A DNA stretch of 64,000 bases from Tubulanus polymorphus (lineage: Eukaryota > Animalia > Nemertea). The position numbers and the translations under genes are program-made. Below the pieces are notes generated by a model. The model was given only the letters and a program-made list of their open reading frames with translations. It was not told where the DNA came from and did no database searches. Positions 11,721 to 24,100 of the stretch are shown here, piece by piece (the stretch's first letter is position 1; the number at the start of each line of letters is the position of its first letter). The DNA lies in NCBI RefSeq assembly GCF_964204645.1, contig NC_134035.1, positions 9,518,451 to 9,582,450 on the forward strand, written 5' to 3'.

Positions 11721-12570
11721 CGTAGTTTTTTCTAATAAATAGCCTGACTCGGGCATAGAATTGATTTAAACCCCGCTATATGCAAATTTAAAAGATTAAA
11801 AAAGGCGTAATTTATTTATCAAGAATTCGAATCAAAATAAAAAAAGTTAATGAAGAAATACCTAGAACAAGGTATGCCTTAAATAACAAAACCTCTCACC
11901 TAGGCACTTAACACCCTCTAGCTTTTCTTTTCTCAATTCACTTGTTTTTCCTTCTCTATTTTTTCCTGTTTTAGTTATTTCTTCAGACTTGACGATGGTC
12001 TCTAGAGAGACTCCTAAATGTTGTCTTCTAATCATTTTAAATTTGTGTAAAGTGGGTTTTAATTTTCATTGAAAATTAATTAGTTAAATTTTAGATTGAA
12101 TATAGCTGCAAAGCAGCAATAATGGGTTTTCTGCCTCGCCAAGCTAACCCCTATTGAGGGAATTAGAGAAACCCTAATGATGGGCTTTCTGAGATGGATC
12201 AAGGGCATGAAATAATTTTCGCACTCCATGTAACTGCATTAGTTTGTAATTGTTTGTACCTCGGGACCCGGTTTCATTGGTCTGGTTTTATATGATACAC
12301 ATGTATAATGTAAATGGGCATATTTAAAGTCACTCAATCAATGAAACCAAAACTTGAATTTGTAAATGTATAAACTTGTGTGATATAGTAAATGGACGTA
12401 TTTTGTATGACTGTCCCGCAATCAATGAAACCTAAAAGTTGAAAAATCGATGGGACAATAATATTTCGTGCGAACTAACGTTACTGTTTTATATGAAATA
12501 AAGATGAATTTTCTGTGTTGTTCTAGTTATGAATACAGACGCCAGCAATTACACACACTCAGTGCGTCAA

Positions 12571-13196
12571 ATCCCCACTGGTTCAGTTTCATAGAAATAA
12601 GTTACTCAAAATAAAAAAAACTTACTCAATTCGAGTTTACCGACTCGATGAATACTTTTTGAGTAAATTATTTGTATGAAACTGAACCAGTGGGGATCTC
12701 GGAAACTGGAATCTCGGCTCAAATTTCTTAAAATAAAAAACTTATTCAATTCGATGAATGAATACTTTTTAAGAAATTTGGGCCGAGATTCCAGTTTCAC
12801 AAACCAATTGCGTTCAAACATAATCAAAAAGTGAAGTTTTATAAAATGTAACCGAGGGTCCATTCGACATGGAATTGTTGAATTGCAGTTGACCCTATGT
12901 ACCGGTTATGTGAAACAGGTTTCATGAACATAGTTAAACCGTAAAATTGATTTATCCTTTCTTCGTGAAACTGGACACGAACTGAATTAAATACCGTACT
13001 CGCTATTTAGTGTGCGAAACTGATTGAAACCCTTTCGCATCAAAAACCAAATCCTAGGGTACGGTTTCACAGATATGATTAACTTGAAGAATTAATCTAT
13101 TTGGCCTTTTGTGAGACTTGGCCCCCTGTCGCTTAAACACATAATTTCTTCACAAATTCAGTTAAAAATTTCAACGTGTTTGTGAAACTGGGGCCT
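12571..13196. mobile_element. Cluster of short foldback MITEs (…cagtttca / tgaaactg… termini)
   Basis: Near-perfect TIR pair 12571-12697 (atccccactggttcagtttcata / tatgaaactgaaccagtggggat) followed by several related tgaaactgg/ccagtttca ends. Confidence 0.65.
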
Positions 13197-13730
13197 ATGG
13201 TGTTCGGTACATATAATTGTTCATTTAGTCCTCACGAGGATTCCTACCCTGGCATGCGAAGGAATCAATTCAATTTCGAAGATAGCAAAGGCAAATGTAT
13301 AGTGATAGTATATGGGCCTTCCCTTTCGCTTATACATGCGTAGTTTTATGTTGTTCTGTGCGAGGGTTTCAATTTGATGCTTTGCCACACCAAATACTTT
13401 CTCAAAAGGCGTGTGCGTTCAGAAAATGAAAGCATTTTATGACGACTAGCGTTATTTACTTTTAAATTTAGATGCTTTTCCTGAAATAAATGAGCAATTG
13501 TTAACGAGTTTGTGAAACAATGCGGAATAAATAAATCAAATGTTGCTGCCTTGCGTGCGTTGTTTAATCATTTTTCGAAAAAAGGCCAGAATATTTCTAC
13601 TCTGGGATCGAAACCGGTGCACCCCTGTTCATCCTCTATTTAGCATCAGGACCACTCTGAAATAGGAAGCAGTAATTTCTGGGTTCGAACCCAGGATATG
13701 ATATCCGCCCAGTTTAGCTATGATGCTATC

Positions 13731-13970
13731 ATCGCCATCTATTGGAATTTGGCTGAACTGGCTAGCCAGTTCCTATTTGTCTCTGTCTCTTCTTTAATCC
13801 GTTAAAATCACACTTGCCATCTAGTGGATATAATCATCATTAGACTGTACTCGTAGTATCATAGAAATCCACCACCAGATGGCAAGTGTGATTTCGGCAC
13901 ATCGAAGAAGAGTCAGTGAGACAAATAAGAGCTGTCTAGTCGGTTCAGCCAAATTCCAATAGATGGCGAT
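13731..13970. mobile_element. ~240-bp foldback element
   Basis: Arms atcgccatctattggaatttggctgaac...cacacttgccatctagtggat and atccaccaccagatggcaagtgtg...gttcagccaaattccaatagatggcgat pair along most of the length. Confidence 0.8.
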
Positions 13971-14430
13971 CACGTTAGAAATCTTGACACTGCCCCGTTA
14001 CGATTCTAATAGACATCTTTATTCCGTAAATTGTTTTAAAAGCCACTTCACGGAACACAGGAGGGAGGGGGGTGGCGCTGATGAGCTAATTTGACCGTCG
14101 GGGATCCCGATTCCTAGAACAAGTAATTCGTAAAACGTAATTCGTAACTCGTAAAACATGACATAGAAAATAACGACAAATATTCTAATTTTTGTTACTT
14201 TATTGGTTAGGATAATACGTCAGAATATACGAATTAACTAATTAAAATGTGTCCTTTTTGTACGGGAACATGATTTGAAAATGTTGCTGCAGATTCTGTA
14301 ACAGAACATATTCACAACCAGGTACATAGAACTGGGTTACATACATCTATTCCAAGCAAAATGTTTCTTTTGTTTAACATACTTTAGAAAGATTTTCATC
14401 AATTTCTATTTGTCAGCATCGCAAATAGAT

Positions 14431-17400
14431 TTAAGCCACAGTAATGGCGTGTTTGAAGAAATCTTCACCTTCTCGGCCATCCATTACGCTAGTTATTGGA
14501 CGGAGGGGATTTTTGTGTTGAAGCAAATAATTCTAAAATGAAGAATCAAATACGAAATATAATATATATTCGACTTGGTTCCACAGTTGTGAGTTAGAGT
14601 CAATCCGAGTTAAGACTTTTAAGTTCATTTTCAATGAGTTAACTCAGAGTCAAATATTAGCACAGAACTGTGGAACTGGGGGTCCTGTAGAAGAAGAGCT
14701 AGATTTACCACGCGAAATCAGACTGGGTAATCCCAACGATTTGATCAACTATGAATCGTAGCGTCCCCGGGCAAGACACGTTTCCTCATCGCCTCTCCGC
14801 CTAGGCATAAATGGGGACCTGGGCTGATTAGATGACTCCCGAGTGCCTGGCAGCTGCTAGGATGTTACTTCTCCCCGGGGAGAGATGACTGATAAATGGT
14901 TAGAGTTTATAGGCTGGGGGTAGAAATGCTGGAAAGTTGAACGCTCTGAGCAGCTTCGCTGGATTTAGTGCTAGACATCATTATTACTGTTGATTGCTAT
15001 TATTATCATATCTTAGATACTTCGAAAAACTTACGTGGCCGTATGAAAGGGAATTTTTGCGTTCCGAGGTCGATGCACCTTTGCCGGTCCATACATACAA
15101 ATGGTCACCAGTATCAACGATGAACACATCCTGGAATAAGTGATAGTTTGAAAATAAAGAACACACTTCATACCGAATACGGTACGAGACTTAAAGGTAT
15201 AGATTCAAAGGATCAAAAACTTAATTACTTTTATATCAAGAATTAAAATCTTAAGTTCAAAGACAAGGTTTCGGATCTTTTTAAACATCACATATCAAAT
15301 ACATCTTTTCAATCTTTGTATATATCAGTTTTTAATCCGGTATTCTATTCTCCGTGTCTGAGTGTATGATTGCGATGCAAACTTACTGCTGAATCGAGCA
15401 TACTTTTCTTAATGTCGCCCTGAGCAACTTCGCTGAATTCAAGTTTTCCACTCGCATCTGACAATCTATAGACATACAAGCAATATACCAATAACAAGGA
15501 TGTTAAAAACTTTATAAATGTTACTGTTTAGTGATTTTTTGAATCGAGCTGGATCTTTACTTGAAGAGTCGTTTCACGTCTTTAGTGATTCCCGAATCGG
15601 TGTCGTCGTCGTTCGCGTCAGCTTCCGGGCACGTGACGGGAAGCATACTCAAAAACTGTTTCTGAAAAAAAAACCGCGGAACTTCGATGATTCAGAAATA
15701 TCAATACTACATTCAACCAAATGATATAGAAATACAGTAAACCTCGCCTTACTCCGACATAGCCAACTCTAGCGACTTATTATTAACTATGACAAATGAC
15801 AAATATCGAATTTCTAACGTATTTTGTATCCCTGTTTGCCTGAGTTTGGCAAGGTTTACAGTATATAGTTTGGAGGTTGAATAAAGGCACATACAACTTC
15901 TTCTTCCGTTGCGCCTTCCTCGTCAACAACTTCTATCTCCGCTCCGTGACGTTCACTTCGCATTTTGCTCGCGCAGGTTATCGCCTGCGAAAAGACGGAG
16001 AAACGATAATGGAGTCATCATCTGAACCGAATGCTATGATCAGAAATTACCAATTTAATGCTCTATTCTAACTTTACTGATAAGCCCTCAGGTTAAGTTC
16101 AATGAAAGAGAAAATCCGATAAATAAAACATCGGCATTACTTAAGTTTTGTGGAGTTTGCTGATTTTATGCAATTACCTTAAATTTTTCATCCTTGTTGG
16201 CATTTTTGCCGATCATCTGATACAGTTTTTTGCCGAAATCCAGGATGAAACAATCGTCCGAATTCAACGATTTCTGACAGAATGGGACCTAGAAAAGATG
16301 AGGAATTCTTTAAGTTGGACTCGTGCTCACAAGTTAGTGTATGTATTTGATCATCCCGATCGTATTTTGTTTTCTCCATGGATTTTTTCAATTATCCACC
16401 GAAGCAATTCACATTTCACCTTCCGCAATTGTTTATTTTTCACACAGTTAGTGGGTATGGAAAATTGGGCTATGACTGATATAGTCCTAATGAACTAACA
16501 TACCTCCTTTACAAGAACATTGTTTCGACCACCGACAATTTGTAGAAGTCTCGGCTCGTACTTTTCAGTTGTGACGTGCCTGAAACCCGAATCTGCGCCG
16601 CCTTTCAGTAATCTGATCGAAAAAAATAACAACGATATATTTCTACGTGACTCGCTCACGTTCGCATCACATTTTGATTCAACAAGGGTCTTACTCGATT
16701 GTGCCGAAATAGCTTTGGAATAGATCCGATTCGTGACCTTGAACCTCTCGATGCTGAATCGGTTTGTCGTCGAGGAAAGTATCGAGCTCGACAGTTTTAT
16801 AAGCGGCAGTGCCGTATTCATCCTTCCAAAAAGAAATTCACCAGCAATTTATGATAGATTAAATGTATAATGATATTGTTACAATATACGGCGCACACCA
16901 AGGATCATCTCTTCCACCTCCCTGTACATGTACTACTATGTAATATAGAGTATACATTACTGCTGGGCCTCCTAATAGACGAATTGACTGATTTGATATT
17001 TGTTTTGAATTCGATAGGATTTGTTTCTGAGCTTTCATAATTAAACAATGCGCTGATACGGATATTTCGATGCGTGCTGTCTACCTGCGTGCTATCTGCG
17101 CCGATCCAGAAATGTACGTCATACTCGAAGCCATCCTCTCCGGGCGGTTTGAATTTCTGAAATATCAATTATGACGGAGGTATTCTATTACACAGAATAT
17201 GTGATATTTACATTACCGGGGAGGGAAGGGGGAGGGGGGCTTTTTTATGTAACAATCCTCTATGTGCGCAAAATAGGGGTTTACTGCAACAGACGTTACT
17301 GAAACTGAAACTGAAACTGTTACGTTGAAAAAAATAACAACGTCTAAATTAATAGCCCGTTAAGCGGATTGAGTTTGTTATATAACAATGAACCGGCAAT

Positions 17401-18935
17401 AATTTCAATTTATGACTTACGTTCAGGACTATATAACTGTCACCGTCGAAGAATTTTCCATAGTCCTCTTTAGGCCATGGCGTAGGCACGAATTTCTATA
17501 TGAGAAAAAAATTCGTTTGTTAAAATTCGTAGATTGTATTTAGCTTGCGTGTGTTTTATCTATCTTAATAAACAAGGCTGGCTTTCACAGCTATAGGTCG
17601 AATTTGACTGGAATGACGGGAGTCGGAAATTAATCATCAGACTTATTTCCAGCCAACACGAGTGAGATTATTATGTTGATAACATTAAAACAAGCTTGGA
17701 TATATTCAGGCGTACTAACGCACATATACGTACCACAATTCGCCAAATGAAGATTGCCTCCTCGTCCGTTTTGTTCACGACGTGCCAGGCTTTTTCTGTC
17801 TCGGCCGATTTTTCTTGAAGATTAGAAAATCAGAAAATGTTTGAAAATATAAGTCGCGAACAAGCGAACAATAGGCGACCGTAGAGACGTGAACCCGTAT
17901 TCGTGAACTTTTATGTATCGTTTATTTTCCCAGCAAATCGTCATAAGAATTCCCTATTCGACCTGGTTCCCGTTTTGTCATTGCTTAAGAATGTTAAATA
18001 AATACTGGGACATTGATATAATTCATATGCTTTTGGATACGAACGGCACATGTACAGTTACACTCATAGAACGAAGGGTTCTACCGTAGAACCTTTGGGG
18101 TTCTTTGGTTTGCCTCCCAGGGAGAACCCTTAAAGATACACCAAAGAACCATTTTTGTAGGGTTCTTAAAAGAACGTCTGTTTAAGAAGGTTCTTTAAAG
18201 AACCATTCCATACAAAGGGTCTTTGTCAAGAACCCTAGATTCTCGAAGAACCCCAATCTACATGCTATATTGCCGGAGAATCTTAAAGCTTCACCGAGAA
18301 CCCATGGGTTCTTCAAAGAACCCCTGAATGACCCTTTGTTCTAACGGTGAGGCTGTTAATATGGGGAGCAAACTTACTCTTGATTTCTCTTTCTAGCGGG
18401 GTCCCGAACAGGGCAAGATTCGAATCTTTCCAGTCGTATTTCTTAGCTTTTGTCAAACCTAAAATATTAAGAAAAAAAATCGATGGCGACGTGTGTGTGC
18501 CATTTACAGATGATAATACCAGCTGTCGGAGGTGGAAATGTATCCATGGACAACCAGATTAGAACTGGTGATCATTTCCAGTCGTGCACAGCCTGCCTGG
18601 TGTGTATGTGCTCGGTGATGTATTATGATCAGTAATGAACAGTAATGTGTTTCTGAAGCTTATTTATGAAGTTATTAGAAATCTCTCTGAATGATCAGAT
18701 ATAGTTTTTGGTATCTAAACTGAACATTCAGTGCGGTGTAAATGAATTTGATACCAATGGCCCGAATGGGAATAATTTATTCGGCAATGTGACGGCGTTT
18801 GACGAGTATATACGTAGTCAAAACTGGTAACTTTTTACTGTCCATGTCTTATGTACGAAACGTATGCGAGAATGAAGAATTTGAAATGTTGAAAAATGTT
18901 ACATTCACTCTTTACAAAACACACTTACCAGCCAT
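14431..18935 (-). CDS. Gelsolin-like (three-domain, severin/EWAM-type) actin-severing protein, copy A, ~376 aa, 13 coding exons
   Basis: Exons 18935-18929, 18458-18378, 17813-17734, 17495-17421, 17156-17085, 16822-16695, 16612-16504, 16288-16178, 15984-15895, 15661-15561, 15465-15387, 15130-15035, 14532-14431; all GT-AG and in frame. Motifs [103 protein letters not shown] on the minus strand at 14199-14204. Confidence 0.95.
14700..14986 (+). mobile_element. SINE-like retroposon in last intron of gelsolin A
   Basis: gtccccgggcaagacacg...cctctccgcctaggcataaatggggacc central motif typical of CORE/Deu-type SINEs; ends in a cattattatta-like tail. Confidence 0.55.
18061..18349. mobile_element. CAC...GTG-terminated MITE with internal gaacc/ggttc repeats
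   Basis: cactcatagaacgaagggt ... accctttgttctaacggtg; many aagaacc/ggttctt subrepeats. Confidence 0.7.
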
Positions 18936-20675
18936 GTTAGTGTCGCAGTGTCCGCGCTGTGAGATAGATATGCAGCGATAGAAGCCTAACGTGAGTCACC
19001 CAACCAGCGTTCAAACACACGACTGAAATAACACCCGGCGAGAGTCACATTAAATATTTATCAAGTGCTCTTACGGCGACAACTGAAATTAACGAGATCA
19101 CAATACGCCGTCATCATAAATCATCAACGCTATCTATTTACAGCCTATTGTTGTTTTTTTTATTACGTGTTTTGTCAGTTGTTATAAGAACCGTGTTTAT
19201 ACCAGGAAGTCGGACGGCCTACATTTTCATAATACCGATTAAAAACACGATAAAGCTAATGCATAGCTAGACAATTTAAGCGGCTTATTTTACTACAAAA
19301 AGTTAAAGAGGGGGGGGGCGCGTTACCGCGTTATGAATTACACCTGCTACTAATGGCAAAATATACATGTATATGTATTTGTATATAAATATTCATAATG
19401 ATTATTCTATGGATGTGGATGCGAATATTTAGGTTTGCGAGCATTTTTGTATTACATTTTGATCGGCCTTTCGCTCACCAGGTCAAACTAACACTGTCCC
19501 CAAACTGAACGACTTACCTTCTACGACACACACACACGCACACTATCAGTAAGACGTCTCGACCGATAAAAACGTGCGTCAACAGCGCAGAAATGCAAAA
19601 ACACTGATATGAACAATGCACAGTACTATACCGCCTTGTATGTGCTGTCAACCTAAATACGAGACTAGTAGCGAGTGGCTGTTCTCCTACGTAGATCATA
19701 CCATGGACGTACGTCCATGATCATACTGTGTAAAAAGTCATGGCGCTTTATGAATAGAAATAGTACTTCGTTGAAAATTTCGTTCGACCCACTTTCGCGA
19801 GAGTCATAAGCATGAGTGTTTTGCATATTTTAGACTATCAAATTCCATTTTACCCCGGGTAGCGTTTTGCTTAGTTGGGGATCTGGGTGAATGTTCTTTC
19901 AAAAAATTGAAAATTGTCTGGTTAGAAAATTCACTTTTTTGAAGGTGAGTCGTCCATTTGACTTCATACCAAGACATCCAGAGACACGATCGAACGCATA
20001 TTCCATTATTTTGACTGTAAACTATATAAGATTTGTGGGACGAATATCGTTACAATAAACGTCAGAGGACCAGAAAACCTGTTCATTATAACCGTCGTTA
20101 TATCCAGTGTGAAATTATCAAAATTGTCCTAAATTGGATGAAATTCTATAAGGTCTTTGTAATAACCGATAAAAATCGTTATATCTGGGGTCGTTATAAC
20201 GAGGTTCCACCAACATCTTGTCTATCATTCCCCCGAACCGATAATCACAGGAATCAGTGAGCACGGTAACAATCTTCCGAAAATAATTTTTTTTAAAAGA
20301 GCGGTTTCATTCACATATGCATTTATTTCATCGATAACCATTTACAAATACGTGATTATTCGCATTCGACGTTTTCGCGTGGTTGAAATCGCATCCTAAT
20401 ATTTGTATAAATGTGCATGAATCAAAATGAAGGCGTGATTTTGAAACATTGTAAATAAATAGTAAATTAAACAGATGAAATATGCATACGCGATACAGGG
20501 CGTATCGTGATAGAGACACTAAACTTATCTAATATAGTTAAATATATATTTTAAATGCTCGATCGTTCGAAAGCTTCAGAAATGAAAGGATCGTTTAGAT
20601 TTTTTCAATTAAACAATAAATAGGATCAGCTTTATGCGATAGATATTTCAGTTCAGTTTGAGTGGATATAAACGT

Positions 20676-21040
20676 TTACATCAAAGATCTGTGGAACGCC
20701 TTTCCTTCGCGACCATCGATCACACGTGTAATAGGACGCAATGGATTCTTCGTCTTCGTCAGGTAATTCTGTAATACACGACAAAGGAAATTATCGCTAA
20801 GATAAAAACAAGAAAATTATTATCTACTTATTTGTATTACTTATCATCAATTTTTTTTCATGGGACCTGGACGCCCATAGTGATTGAACAGCCTCTGTTT
20901 AAGGTCCATCATCAATTTATTAATTCTATTATATATCATGTATTTTTTGTAATATAATTGATAAATATCATTATAGAAATATAATATTATATATATATTA
21001 TTATTATTATTATTATTATTTATATTATTATTATTATTTA

Positions 21041-21072
<32 letters not shown>

Positions 21073-21075
21073 TTA

Positions 21076-21133
<58 letters not shown>

Positions 21134-21147
21134 TATTATTATTATTA

Positions 21148-21184
<37 letters not shown>

Positions 21185-24100
21185 GCATATACCCACCAGG
21201 TTTATGCATATAGACTTACGTGACCGTACGCCATTCCATTTCTTATTTCGTTGGTAGACGCCTGGCGGCCGACCCACACATACAGTTCATCACCGGTATC
21301 CAAAAAGAAAACATCCTAAAATATCGAACAGATTCTTATTAGATACAGTCTAGAATTACATAATAAGTTTAAGTTAATTTTCAACGGTTTTACCTTGTTA
21401 CAGAGCATGCTCTTGTTCACATTGCCCTCGGCAATCTTCTTAAAGTCCAGCTTGCCACTAGAGTCTGACAAACTGAAAAAATCGACACATATATGAATAT
21501 GGACTTGCAATAATGATAATCATCTATTTTGTGTTATGTGCATTTTCGCTGCTGATTGGAATTTATCAACGGGTATACGTACGAGCAATTATCACCAATA
21601 ATGTAGGAAGCCATTCGATATCAACTTTAGTGAAGCACGGCTAAAAAGCATTTTAAAAAGGGTATTTTTTTCTTAGAAGCTGGTGTTTTTCCTTATCGTG
21701 GCTCAGTATGTGAACTATTTTATGAAGTTAGTGGTGAGTTGTATTAGTGTGAAAAGCGTGCTCGCAGATGGGGTACCGTGATAGCGTGAACAATCGGTAA
21801 AACGTAAATCGTGTTTGGAAAGTTAGTCATGTTTCATGCTGTGAAATTTAGATAACATCTCCTCGGGTCCTGACGTCGAAGAAACGACCGATGTACACGC
21901 GTCCATTCTGTGCGTCTGTATGTACTTCGTATTGCCTTAAAAACAACATCGGTATTTACTGGGCGGATAGATCCAACATTTAAAGAAAGAGACACCGACG
22001 ACATCTCCACCACGACAGACACCACCGATCAACAAACTTACTCCACACGTGATTCGGTTTGTTTCGATTTACCGCAACACACGAAAGAGCCACTCTCATC
22101 ACCGGAGTCGTCCGCCCGACTACTGAATCAATATATCACACAATTACAGACGGAGCGTTCCTCCAAAAATCCACAGATACAGTGTGTATTTACAGAAGAA
22201 AAATGTTTGTGGGGGTTAAAATTAGATTTACTACATAATCGTTTAACTACTACTAACTACCTAAAAAGTGTAGGCCTTCGTTTTAACACTATGACCCAAT
22301 TCCACAGTTGCATTAACTGACTCGAGGTAAGCGTAGTTAATTTTGAATCCTATCCTTTTATCCTATCCAACAACTGTCGAACAGGGTCTAGTTTTGTTAA
22401 ACCATAGCAAACATTCCAATTTATGCACTTATGTTATTTTGAGAGTTTCATTATGCGCAGAACAGAAGTAACTTAAATTGTATAACGCATTCGCATCAGT
22501 GGTCCCCGGCGGCGAAGTAATTCAGAACTCCGCCATTGCTGCATACACGCATGTTGGCAAAATCTTAACGAAAATAACATTACACGAACTGATAAGGAAA
22601 GTGATGTGATGCACTGATAGAAAATGAGAGACGATTGGTCCCTCGAAATTGACGGATGACGTCAGATTACGATCGAAATAAGATGATAGAATGAGAAACA
22701 CTGGTGGCTCGAAATAAAACTCAGAGATGGTGAAATTGAGGAGAATGCACTTAAAAACGCAAAGAATAAAAGAAAGAAAATTGAAAAGAATGACAGAGAA
22801 TTGCCGATTGAAATAATGGATCGAAATGAAACTCAGTGATGATGAAATTGAAGAAACTAATTCAAAAATAAAAAGAATAATAAAAGACGAAAAAAGAGTG
22901 ACAAAGTTTTTACATACACATTCACGTAATAGATATACATATAAAACATTGATAAATCGTGCGCCGCGTTTTTTCGCGTTTAGCACAATTAGCAGCAGCG
23001 GCTATATAACATTATTTACCTGTCCGACAACCTAGATTTACACGTGGAGAAAATAGAATATGTTTAAACGTACGTTTTTTTCGCTGTCCATTTTGTAATC
23101 ATATAGACACTCATTTTCATTAAAAGCTTTATCATCAGCCACTACACGATCGGAAATTCATCACTTTTTAGAAATATAGTCTTGTTTAAGATGAAGGATT
23201 TTTGGAATTCGGGTCCGCAATATTGCATTAGCAGATGTTGGATTGAAGAAATCGATTAAGCGAATATCTCACCGGTATAAAACTTTGATTTTCTCAACTC
23301 CGTCGGTTTCATCTTCGTCGTCATCGATGGCCTCATCGGGCAAAAGATTTTTGAATTCATCCTACGAAAAGAGATATCAAAATACATTATTGTAACGGTA
23401 GATTTGGTTACGTGACGGTAATAGGAATAAAGTAAATTCTCTGCTAGGAAAAACTGATTCATCTTATTCAACTTATCGTTTCATTTTTGGGACTTTGTAA
23501 TAGTAAATCGTAGTTGCAACACAGTTTACTTACAATTTCGCGGGCTGACGAGGAGCCTTCGTCAATCACGGATAATTCAGCACCATTGTGATCGTTACGC
23601 AGTTTTTGTACATATTCCATTGCCTAAAATTGGACAGTTTGAATACAGTAGTCGATATTCGGTCCCCAGTTAACTCAGACAACCGTGCATACGTCTGGGA
23701 ATTTCACCAAAGACTATAGATTGCATTAATCAATTCTCATATCGGTTTAACTTGGTGAAATACTCACGATTGATAAAACACACATCCGTATTGAGACAAT
23801 AATGTAGAGAGAATTCCATAATAATAATGAAAAACAGTCAGAAAATGTAACTGGAGCTCCAGTTACATTTTCTGACTGTTTTACATCATTTTGTAGGATT
23901 CTCTGTACATTGGTGAAATACTGACGGTGAAATGAAATTATGTGCGATAAAATCGCAGTCAGTTCAGACAACTCTTACCTTTCTTCGTTCGTCTTTGTTG
24001 CAGTCTTTTCCGTTGAACTGATAAAGTTTCTTTCCGAAATCAACGACGAAACAATCGACGGAGTTCAAACTCTTTCTGGTGAACGTCGCCTGAAAATTAT

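Noticed and set aside
22522-22986. 154-aa hydrophobic ORF in a gelsolin B intron
   Set aside because: Arises from a purine-skewed low-complexity repeat; no domain signature or splice context.
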